DNA of 64,000 nt from Antedon mediterranea (taxonomy: Eukaryota > Animalia > Echinodermata): positions 6,252,201 to 6,316,200 of the forward strand of contig NC_092670.1 in the NCBI RefSeq assembly GCF_964355755.1. The letters are read 5' to 3'. Position 1 is the stretch's first letter. Each line of letters begins with the position of its first letter. Shown piece by piece: positions 1 to 11,275 of this stretch. The position numbers and the translations under genes were made by a program. The notes under the pieces were generated by a model. That model saw nothing but the letters and a program-made list of their open reading frames with translations, made no database searches and was not told where the DNA came from.

Positions 1-124
1 AGTGTACGAGTTGTTCAAGTAGGAGGCCTAATTATGATTTTATTAGGTTGTTTTGGCAAATTTGGTGCTCTCTTCGTCACAATACCAGACCCAATTGTTG
101 GTGGTCTATTTTGTGTAATGTTTG
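1..124 (+). CDS. SLC23A2: SLC23 exon (5'-partial)
   Basis: Frame 1 [41 protein letters not shown](G); donor GTACGT at 125. Confidence 0.93.
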
Positions 125-3100
125 GTACGTAAAGTTCTTTCCAAGGTGACTTACTATACGTTTACAAAGATCAGATTCTTGTATATTACAGCAGAACAAA
201 ATTACATTATAGTCCAAGACAATTACAAAGCCCTATAATAAAAATATTGATATTTATTTAGTCAGCAATAAATAATAACAAAGGATGAGAAAAGGCTAAT
301 TACTTAATTAAGCTTGACTGTCTACACTATCAAACTTACACAAATATTTGGTGTGCCCATATATGGACATGATGATGTCATACCATTGGACATATTGAAT
401 TTTTTTTGTCAAACTAGTTTAATAGTGTAGACAGAGCTTAAGGCCCAAATATATTCTGCTCACTGCATATTAAAGTAAAACATTAAATTCAACAAAATAA
501 AACAACATAAATAATACAAAGTGTAATATAAAAAAAAATAATAATATAAAAAGACTTCTACTTTCAAACAAGTTTTCATTTATTTTACGATTTTTATTTT
601 ACTTAAATTTATGTACAGTGCATTGAGAAGTTTATTATGCACTTAATTACTAAGGGGCTGCCTTAAATATTAAAATTAAAATAATAAAATAAAATTATTG
701 GTAAACTTTTTTATGAATGATGCTTGCGAAATACATCACATTTAAATGTTTAATTTATTAACAAAAAATGTAAATAACAGGACTTTCTCAGTAATCCTCA
801 GCAAAATTTAATGAATTGGAACACAATGTATAGCCAAGGTCAGAAAACTATATGTAATATATTAATTAAATTTTGTATAATCTTGTACAGTGATAACAAA
901 TTAACCAGAATTCCTTCAAAGCATAAATAATACTTGAAAATTATATCAATAAATTGATTTATTTCACTTTTTTAATCTAAAAATTATTTCGTCTCGCTTT
1001 TCCAATTCCTTGTCGCCATTTTGTTCTAATTAAAATTTATTAATATCCTGTTGATAAAATGATATTATTACATATTGTTGAAAATCTAACATATTTCCTG
1101 TGTTCATTTAATTAAGCAGAATTACTCCGGTGTTTTAATTTATGTCCTCAATAATTTCATAATGTTGTTATTTCAAGTACTGTATGTTATTGTTATTGAA
1201 CAAAAATTTAATAAAACAGAAGGCAGCCAAGGCTAACAAATTAAAAATGTTATAACATGTAAAGATGTATTTGCCATCAAACATGAAAAAGAAAGTATAA
1301 TAAAATCAAACTTTAAATCGGCCTAGACCATTTTGTAGTTTTAATAAAAGTTATCCTCTTTTCAGGTATGATAACAGCAGTAGGGCTATCAAATCTACAA
1401 TTTGTAAATCTCAACTCATCTCGCAACCTATTTGTTATTGGCTTTTCTTTAATCATGGGTTTAATTATACCAAATTGGTTATCACAGAACCCAACTGCAA
1501 TATCAACTGGTAAGAACTGTCAGAAAAATACAGCTTTAACATTAGTTAAGCTTCGTTCACACCTAAAGCAATGTAGTATACTGATGTGCGTCGCAACACA
1601 GATTAACATGTCTTGTGGCACAGTGGATACATGTGTCATAACACGATTTGACATGCCTCGTGACCGTGCATTGATATGCGTCGTAACACTGCGGATCAAC
1701 ATGCGCTGTGACAAGTTGGGTCCAAATGCACTGTGACACAGCGGGTTAGGCCAATCAGAACTAGCCGGCATAGGAGGAATTAGCCTAGAGGCCTTCATAA
1801 GTAAGGCCAATCAGAACTAGCCGGCATAGGAGGAATTAGCCTAGAGGCCTTCATAAGTAAGGCCAATCAGAACTAGCCGGCATAAGAGGAATTAGCATAG
1901 AGGCCTTCATAAATATGTTTGTACTTTAACAATCGTCCAAACTTATATTAATTTGACTTCCAATACCTTGTCATGCATTTTCACGAACATTGTCCCATCG
2001 ATTAGATAAATGGTGTGTTACTATTAGAAAGGCCAGGTTACTACAGTATATAATAGAATGTTACTTATAGATGAGTGGTGGAAGCTTTATGGTACATCCA
2101 TGAACAATTGAAAGGGAACAATAGTTTTACACCACATATCTGCAATACAATTCCAGCACCCTGTATTTAGGTTGATAGTATAATAAAGCTAACTGAACAG
2201 ACATACAAAAAACAATGTCATATAAATCTGTTTGTTATTACTGAAACCATATTGACCATATAGTTATATATTTGATATTATTGCTCCACAAAAATCCTGT
2301 ATAAAGTACAAAACTGTTCAGTGACAGCTTGCTAGAAAAGCCTTGTTCGCACTTGAGAAAGAAAGCAAGAAAAAACAAGTTAACTTTACCAAAAGCCGCA
2401 CTAATTTCACATGATTGTCTATAGCAGAATTTAACTTGCATTAAAAACTGTGATTGCAGCCCATGATGAAGGTCATGCACTTGTGAAGTTGGGATTGGAC
2501 TATTTACCTAGCATGGTAGCTTTACCGAGATTATGGTCACTTTTATCGCATTAGTCTTGGTTAATTTAACATCATCTTTCTACTAGTCTGTGAGATAATT
2601 TTATATTGTGATCTTATGTAATTGCTGTACCCTAGTACCATAGCCATGTTGTTTTATTGGGGGGTCAATTTTAAAAAGCAATGCTTATTTTTACCTCGCT
2701 CCTTTTTATTATACTATTATGATTACTCTGTATTCAATGTTTTAATTATGTGTAGAGAAACAAATAAACAAACAAACTTTAGTATTTCTTTGTAAAAAAG
2801 TCCATATTTTCGCCGATACGGATATAAATATGACTTTTTTTTTCTAAAAATGAAACCTGCGGTTCAAAAAGATATACATTAAAAAAAACCTGATATTCAG
2901 CTAAATCATTGATGTTTTTAAAAATGCTGGTACTTACTACAAAACAGATTTATGGAGTTAATAAAACAAAACCAGAAAAATTCACAATTTTATAGACTTA
3001 GTACTGTACTTAAACTAGTATTGTGCTGGTACACGATGTTTTACTATACACTTGTGGCCCGTTTTTTTTAAATCTATGTGGAATTCAATAGTTCACACTG

Positions 3101-5444
3101 CACTACCTTTTGCAGTGTCCAGTTAAAATTGGATGGATTGAATAAAATAATATGAACTTGATTGAATTTACTTGAATTAGAATAAATTTAGGTTTATTTC
3201 CTAGAAAAAAAAAGTCTGAAAAAGGGACGTTCTGCTTCACTTCTGTTGAGGAATAGAAATTTTAAGTCTAGAGCTACCATTTAATGACAAACTAAGTGTT
3301 CCTAAGAAAATATTGTATATTGTGTGAAACATTAATGTGTAGGCTATAGTCAACTGCTGGCATGTGGGTTAGTAAATTTACATCTACCAAACTAGTCCTA
3401 ATGTACTAGCTATACTGTATTTTACACATACAGTACATTTTCAATGTTTTAATTTGTTTTTCTAGGTGTTACAGAGATAGATCAAATTATTACTGTTCTA
3501 CTGAGTACAAATATGTTTGTTGGAGGTTTTCTAGGTTTTCTTCTTGACAACACCATACCAGGTAACATATTATTATTATTTATTTAAAAAAAAGCCTAAA
3601 CCAAGAACCCTTAACACTCTATCACACTACAGTATGTACTGATATATACCATTATTTTGTAGCCACATGTTATACTTTTGCTGCTCCATTTCTTTCTTGG
3701 GAACAAACTTTCTGGACATTTATCATCTGCTCGGACTTACCATGAGCATCTTATTTTTTATGGAAACTGGCGCAATATAAGATTTCCTTATTATGATGAT
3801 TTGGACAATCGAATAAGTTCCTTTTCTAGCCTCTCCGTAGGCCTGACCTAAGCGTCACTGTCTAAATTTATTCAACGATATGACAGAGTATAATCCACCC
3901 ACTAATTTATAATAAATTTAAGATATTAAAATTTGGTAAATACATTGTTATTTCAACTCATGTGTAATCCTCTAATTTTCACCAAATTCCGTAACCAGGC
4001 TCCCTGGGACTATACTTAAAGTAAAAATGTTAGATGTGTCGTGTTCTTGACCATGACCGGCATTTAAATTAAGTTTTAAACCAAACATAGTTTCCCTTCT
4101 AGCTACATTGCAAAATCACTTTTCTTTATCACATATCAAGTCGGAGCAGAAATAATGGCCACCATCATATGCCTAAGAAACAATAATAACAATAATATAT
4201 TATTGTTCTGAAGTACGAGGTGAAGTCACAACGACCTCTCTAAAGTCATTGATTATGAGAAAATAATCATAAAATCCTAGGACAGTAACAAATAACGATA
4301 AATAGATAAATATATATTTTTTTTCGAAAGAAAACAAAGAAATTAGAAACATTTTCATTCTATAAGCTATAGAATAACCATTCATACTGTCTTTGATGAA
4401 ATAAAATGTTAATAAAATCCTATTAAATAATGTCAGTAAGAAGTATCAGTAAAAGAAACACAATATGTTATATATATTGTTCGATATTAATAGTCTAGTC
4501 ATAAGACTCTTCAAAAAGTTAGTTATTTGGTTTTTTTTTTCATAAAAAATGTATTTTAATCTGTTTGTTGTTTATTGTGCATTTAACAGCCCTTAAAGGC
4601 CATCTGAAAGTTCATATTAAATAAAGAGGCAAAATTGTATACTCAATTTAGAGGTCGTAATTGTTCAATATACCTGTTTTTGTTTATACAGTAGTATACA
4701 AAAATTTCAATAGTGTGTACTATTTCATGCCATGTGACCCAAAATCATCCAATTAAAGGACAGGAATTTAGAGTAGAAAAGTCAAGTCTGTGAACTCTTC
4801 TCATTAGACAGACATTACTTGTTTTGCAGGAACTATTGAAGAAAGAGGTTTAACTAAATGGTGTGAACTGTACGGCAAAGAGGATGCCGACCCAGATGTG
4901 CTGGAGGAAGTATACAAATGCTATGAGTTTCCATTTGGCATGAACTACATCAAGAAATGCAAATTTCTTAAGTATGTTCCAGTCTCACCAACATTTACTG
5001 GATTTGCTAGAAAACGTAAGTACAGCTATCAGTTTCAAGGTTTTAGGTGATTGTGGCAATGGTTGCATTCTAAAGTAATGATTTAAAATCACTAAAAATT
5101 AATGGATTAGAGAGCTTTTGATTGCGACGACCTCGCCTATTCATAGGTCAGGTCAATTGATGTGTTGTTGGTCATCACCTGGACATAGGAACCATCAATA
5201 CTGTGTCGCCTGCACAAGTGAAATGTTACTGGTGTAAATAGTGAATGAAAGAAGAACACTGTTTTCTTCCTTTAATTGTTTGGAAAAGTTGTGCAATGGT
5301 GTATAAATAACACTTAATTAAATGAATTTTCAATCTAACTATTTATTTTTCTTATATATCTTTTCAGGGTATGTAAAAGTGCAAAATAAGAAATCAAATA
5401 AAAACAACTGTATATCTCAAAACCAAGTTGAACATCAGGTATAA
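1..5444 (+). CDS. SLC23A2: SLC23-family (SVCT/NAT, nucleobase-ascorbate transporter) gene, 3' part; 5 coding exons join(<1..124,1366..1509,3466..3561,4830..5015,5368..5444)
   Basis: Spliced translation [89 protein letters not shown] matches the SLC23A1/A2 C-terminal half. All introns are GT-AG and phase 1; stop TAA at 5442-5444. A1 versus A2 orthology cannot be decided, so the symbol is family-level. Confidence 0.93.
311..438. mobile_element. PIF/Harbinger-like MITE (~130-150 bp), copy 1
   Basis: TIR AGCT..GTCTACACTATCAAACT / AGTTTAATAGTGTAGACAGAGCT, TWA-like flanks; same family at 9149 and 33106. Confidence 0.75.
1366..1509 (+). CDS. SLC23A2: SLC23 exon
   Basis: TTTTCAG acceptor; (G)[47 protein letters not shown]; donor GTAAGA at 1510. 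Confidence 0.95.
1748..1912. repeat. 56-bp tandem repeat x3
   Basis: AGGCCAATCAGAACTAGCCGGCATAGGAGGAATTAGCCTAGAGGCCTTCATAAGTA at 1748, 1804, 1860. Confidence 0.95.
3466..3561 (+). CDS. SLC23A2: SLC23 exon
   Basis: TTTCTAG acceptor; (G)[31 protein letters not shown]; donor GTAACA at 3562. Confidence 0.93.
3735..3800 (+). mobile_element. L2-like LINE/SINE 3' tail remnant
   Basis: CCATGAGCATC..TGGAAACTGGCGCAATATAAG..TTATTATGAT resembles the L2-type tail also seen at ~38817-38877. Confidence 0.45.
4830..5015 (+). CDS. SLC23A2: SLC23 exon
   Basis: TTTGCAG acceptor; (G)[61 protein letters not shown]; donor GTAAGT at 5016. Confidence 0.92.
5368..5444 (+). CDS. SLC23A2: SLC23 terminal coding exon
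   Basis: Pyrimidine tract plus TTTTCAG; phase-compatible (R)[24 protein letters not shown]; AATAAA follows at ~5543 and ~5623. The tail sequence itself is not recognisably conserved. Confidence 0.7.
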
Positions 5445-6083
5445 TCACAATGTGACTCGTGCACAAACATAAATGTCTATCAAACACTCAATTAGAACAT
5501 TACTTAAATCATGTAAAAACCTGTCTAGATGTATTATTGAAAAATAAAGACAATACGAAATTAATGTAGCTTCAATATATCTAGGAAAAAAAATGCATGA
5601 TAAAAAAAAAACTCATCAGTTCAATAAAGTAGTTTTAAATTTAATTGACGGCGATTTATTTTAAAACAATTTGTCTTATAAATTCACTGCCCAATTTTAA
5701 CTTTAGATTATTTAGATAAACGTACATCATTACTAATAATTTTGACCTGAGGTCAAACTGAAAAGAATGTAGGGATATTAAAATGTTTACTACAGTAATG
5801 CTGCAGTATATATTTATTGTTAGCTAATAATGTACAATATATAATTGCTCATTAAATAAAAACCTGGAAACTTGCAAAATCCAAATACCTTGCATCAGTA
5901 TTATTATAAATTTCTTTAAAACACTGAATTATTAATGTTGTACTGTACTATAATTTAAATATAAATATTAATGGTGTATATAGAATATGTAATTGTAAAC
6001 ATTGATAAAGATGCATGGTATTAAACAAATATATATTTTGGAATTGTATCTATATATAGTAATCTGCAATAATTTTAAACACA

Positions 6084-6188
6084 CTGGTTGGAGAGACTCG
6101 CCCCTTGGCGAGTTGTCTTTGCCAGCTCTTGTCTCTCTTCAGTGCTTCCTTTGTTTTGTATTAAATAAATAAGGAATGAATAAATAAA
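6084..6188 (+). mobile_element. non-LTR retrotransposon 3' end remnant (stem-loop plus AATAAA tail)
   Basis: Hairpin CTGG..ACTCGCC-CCTT-GGCGAGT..CCAG followed by AAATAAATAA..AATAAATAAA. Confidence 0.35.
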
Positions 6189-7560
6189 AGTAAGGTTAAG
6201 GTGATTGGGTTGTTTTTATTTCAAAATAAATCAATATAAAGGTCATGGGTCAATATATAAAATAAAAATATTCCTAATAAAATTACATACTAAAGTATAG
6301 GTTGGTACTATATAGAATTATTATAAATGAATTTTAAAATATTAGGGTATATTATGGTAATAAAAGCATTACAACATTGGAAATAATATTGTCCCTTGCT
6401 TTCCCGTTTTAAACTAATAATAAATATGGATTTTCGAAGCTGTATTAAATTTATGTTTTAAGTATTTTGAATTATTTTTATTTATATTTTAAGTAATTCA
6501 TTCAATAGTGTAATGGAGATTTGGAAATAACCATAGTACTAGGGTTGTGTAAAAGATTTCTCATATTCACATATAGCTCACTTAGACTACAGTACTTTAG
6601 TCACAGCCAAACTTTAAAAATAAAGTGTTTAATATGTTTAAAAAAAACTACTATACAATGCATTTTGTCCCTCTTATATACATAGTAGTGTTTGAAAAGA
6701 AATGTTTTAAAGGTTTTAGTAGTACGTGTAGAAATAGGTTTGAGTGGTTTTACTTTATCTAGGCAGATGCTTTGATACCACACACATGTGACCAGGCATT
6801 ATTTTAAAGTTAGGGTGAATACAATGTCATATGTGTCAGTGTTCCTAGGATGTTTTTAGATACAGCCAAATTTCACCCAGACCAAGATCAAAATTTATCA
6901 TATGCAATATAAAGCACTATAAATGCAAACACTGTAGAGTATAGTTTCAATACAATTCTCCACATAGAGATTTCAATGTAATATTTACCTTGTTGCTGTC
7001 AGCCTCTTAAACTCCTGCTTGCAGAGGCTATACAAGCAGATAATAGCAGCTAAATGGAAGTTTGTCTTCAAAATTGTAATATTTACCATTATATGCAATA
7101 TGGAGAACTGAATACACAAAAATATTATAAACTTGAATAATTAAACTAGAAAAGCAGGGTATTTTGTTAATTTGTGTGTATTTTATTTCTGTTTTATTTA
7201 TATTTAATTTTAAATGTAAGTTTGCTATTTAATAGATATTTTATTATCCCAAAGGTTTTTTTATGTTGTTTCTGTTAATCATAAACTTTTTCAGATATTT
7301 GATAGACTTAAAATAAAAATGAAAGATTGTTTGGAAAAAGGTAGAAGACCATTGTGAACTATTAGTTATTATTTTAATTTTTTTATCCACATGGTTCAAA
7401 TTTGTAAACGTAAGGTAAATGATAGACTGAAATTTGCCAAATCCCGACAATGCGAGGTCAAAGTTTATGTGACATCATGTTTCCCTCTCGCCTTGATTTA
7501 AGCGAATTAAACAGAATTTTGCTTTTCAATTACAATCTGTCAAATGCACAACATTTCAGG

Positions 7561-7668
7561 CTAAATTGATGGTATAGGTGCTCAGAGTTTTGCTCATATT
7601 TTTAGATTCTTCATCTAAATTGATGGTATAAGTGCTCAGAGTTTGGCTCATATTTTGAGATTCTTCAT
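7561..7668. repeat. 54-bp tandem duplication
   Basis: CTAAATTGATGGTATA(G/A)GTGCTCAGAGTTT..GATTCTTCAT at 7561 and 7615. Confidence 0.9.
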
Positions 7669-9148
7669 CGCACATAATATCCAGTCAAAAGCCTAGTGTA
7701 GATTTAGAGAGGTTTATTTATATGTCATAGTAACAGAATGCTTTGTAACTACAAGCCCAGTTGATACCCATATCTTAATTATACCAAATGAATTTATTTT
7801 TTTGTTAAATTATCAATTCAATTAAAAATCTATCATCTTTAATGTGCATGCATGTACTATTTTGACAATAAATAAATGAAAAAGCGAAATAAAGAAAGTT
7901 GTTTTATTTAATTTGTGTTTATTGCTTGCTAGAATAAAAAGCAAGTATCAAACAATTTGTTTTAACTAGAACTTGCATACTACGGTATTCTTAAAAATAT
8001 TTAAACACAATTACAGATCACTGTCCTATCAGTAGTAATCCCCTATTACTATTTTCTGAACTACTTCTATCCCTCCACTCATCTCGAGTTGTTTGGAAAA
8101 ACAAAAAATCATTTCGATACTGCATTTAGACTAAAGAGAGAAAATGCATTTCCAACACATGCATGCTCTTGGAGCACCTGGGATAGTTTTTTAAAAAATA
8201 GTAAAATTGAATGTTTACAGTTTCTTCCAAGATAAAAAAGTAATACGTTATTTCGTTCATAAAATCACCAAAGAAAAAATGTATATTTTAATACACAGGA
8301 TTTAACTCCCAATTCTATTGATGAATTAATGATTTTTTAATACAGTATTGTAGTGCCATACACACTACTACACCTTCAATCAAATTCGAACTACAAACTT
8401 TGTACCTCCATGGATCTATTTAATACCTCCATAATGGATTTATTTAATAGCTCCATGGTATCTCTGATAGTACACCAACCCGGGAACAGTTCAAAAATTG
8501 AAAGTTGAATATCATCAATAAGATGTATTTAACTGTTCATTGTGTGGTCCGGGCACCACTATAATCCAGTTCAGGTTTAAATTATAACCAAAATAAAATT
8601 TTATTTTTTCAGAATAATGTTTTATTTGGTCAACAACATGATTCATGTTAAAATACATTTGCAGTACATGTGGAATTTTACTGCTTGATTTTCATGAGAC
8701 ATTAATCATTCTTAATAGTAATGTTTGTAAATAAATAATAGATTAATAATTATTATTAAACATTTAATCTATAAATAGGTTTATCTATACATAATTTTGA
8801 AATACTATTTTTATATAAATGGAATAATTAATTTAAAATTGGTTAAATTACATTTTTAAACAATGATTTAATATATAATAAATTATATTTACATTCAAAT
8901 GTATATACAGTACACTCTCTTGATTATGAAACAAATTGCACATATATCATGCATACAAAGACTTATAATATATATAAATAAACATTGTTTCTGATATTTA
9001 TGAATTCTAAACTTGTGTGAGTACCATAAATTGTCAAATATATATTCTTTGCGTGACCAAGGTTACTGAAAATAGCCGAAACGTAACAAGTAAGTACTTG
9101 ACAACTGGTTTAAAAAAAAGTTAAATTTAAAAAAAATATATATTCTTA

Positions 9149-9286
9149 AGCTGTGTCTACACTATCAAACTAGTTTGACAAAAAAAAGTGTGATGTGCCC
9201 AAATATGGTAGTGATATGATATCATCATGTTCATATATGGCCACATCACATTTTGTCACATAAAGTTTGATAGTGTAGACATAGCT
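9149..9286. mobile_element. PIF/Harbinger-like MITE, copy 2
   Basis: TTA|AGCTGTGTCTACACTATCAAACT ... AGTTTGATAGTGTAGACATAGCT|TTG; internal GTGCCCAAATATGG shared with the other copies. Confidence 0.8.
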
Positions 9287-9416
9287 TTGATTGATTGATT
9301 GATTGATTGATTGAAATTTATATTTATACTGGGTAACCTCTTCAGTCAAAGACTGGTCTCCCAGAGGGTCCAGTTGGTGATCAGTGGCTGTGATGTACTA
9401 ATACACCGGGGTAACC
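9287..9416 (-). mobile_element. 5'-truncated SINE with (CAAT)n tail
   Basis: Reverse complement GGTTACCCCGGTGTATTAGTACATCACAGCCACTG matches the body of the SINEs at 38545 and 45788; ends in (TCAA)n. Confidence 0.7.
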
Positions 9417-11205
9417 AGTCTGTCCACAAGACAAGCTCAGGTCTAGAAATAAATAGTCATTTTACAGTATAAGCTATATTCACACTTGTTCCTTTTCATG
9501 GAGAATGTATAAAGAACAGAATGACTCTATCTTCAGTTACATGTGTGAATGTGGTTTATAGTCATGTGTATTAATTCAAACAGTACACGTGTAGTCAAAG
9601 TGTATTAGCAAAGAATATACGTCAGAAAAATGAGCATTCTGTGATGTTACGCTTTTAACAGTTGGCCACCCTAAGGCAGGTGGATGTATAAGGACCTCAG
9701 ACTTTATAAAAATTGAATGAATTACAATTATAATAATATATTTTTCAAATATTTAAACTTTGAATACTTTTTACACCACACTAAATTGCTTAAAAATCCT
9801 TATCAAGAAAATACAGAAAAAAAGGACTGCTCATTCTTCTGATACTTATTCTTTGTTAATATACAGTTAGATAAAAACACCTAATTATACATAACTAGAA
9901 CTAAATAAAATCACTTAAAAAAAACTTAATAATAAAAATAATACACATGCAGTCATAATGTTAATTTATTTGGATGATTCTTGGTCCTCTCTTCATCATT
10001 TGTTGATGGATGTTAATTACAGAATCCAATATTTTTCGTTTGTTTGTATTTAAATGTTTCATATGATGCAAAATAAAAGATCAATTAAATTATATAACAT
10101 AAATTATATACATTATATAACTTTATTAACATAGTATGTTCAAACAGCAACTGAAAAGATAGTTAATAGGCAAGTATAACATAGTATAATTTGAGGTAGA
10201 AGAGCCTTGTTTTAATGAGAGCCCGAGTTAAGCACATTTATGCTATATGTACAAATAGACATTGGCTTACTATCTATTTTAACATTATATAAACATTTAA
10301 TTCATCAACTGTGTAATTGCATACTCCACAGATATGGTGCTTAAAATACAGTAAGCCAATTACTGTATACAGCATTGCTGAGTATACTGTAGTAAAATGC
10401 CAGTTCTGGTGTATCCTAAACTTTGTGAGCTCCAGTTAGGATACCATTCTGGTGTATCTTAACCTCCTTATGTACTCCAGTTAGCATACCTGGTGTACCC
10501 TGAAGTCTTGTCGGCTACAGTATGCATATAAATCTGCTTTGCTCCAGCAATAGTATTTACTTTGCATCTCAAAGTCAATCATGTGGTTATGTTGCCATAC
10601 CCTAACGTCTTTTTAACTGTATTTAAATGTTCTGTTATGTTCTGTATATTTTGAACATTCCTGTACCTCATGTGATCCATTTAGCATACCAGAAAAACTA
10701 TTCTGGTGTACTTTAAACTACACCATTCCGGTGCATCTTTAACCACACTCTCGATCATGCACCAGGTAGGCATATCATTCTGATCTTAAACAACATCCTG
10801 TGCCCCAGGAGGTATATCATGATCATAACCAGCATGGTGTTATCAAACTCTCAGTAGGAATACCTTGCCTTTCATCAATCTGGTGTACCTTAGACACATA
10901 CCTCATACTCAGCTTCACTGGGCATACTGATGATTCTGCTGCTACTGTACTGCAGGTTTTAACTCTACTGTGTTCTATTGCATATGATGACTTTGGAGAC
11001 TGAAGTACTGCATGAAGTTCCATATCGAAGAACTACACTTTCTTTTTCAGCTCCATCATTTACTCCATTTTGCTTAATATTTCTGAGGGTATCCATATTG
11101 CTTCTTGTACAACCCTGGTTTCTTTTAACTCCCTTTGCTCAATTCTCATATTTATTGCACCTTTAAGACTATACTCTGGTGTATAATCTAACATTCAAAC
11201 CATCA

Positions 11206-11275
11206 CTACCTTCGAGGCTCCAGTTTATGTGACATCTGGGTCAACATTCTTTGGTTGTCTATTACCTTTAATGAC
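11206..11275 (-). CDS. RAPGEF4: RAPGEF4 last coding exon
   Basis: (R)[22 protein letters not shown], stop TAG at 11208-11206; poly-T plus TAG acceptor. Confidence 0.93.

Noticed and set aside
1510-1810. Extension of ORF 1368..1736 past the exon, and antisense ORF 1520..1810
   Set aside because: SLC23 similarity stops at the GTAAGA donor (1510); the remainder is intronic repeat sequence.
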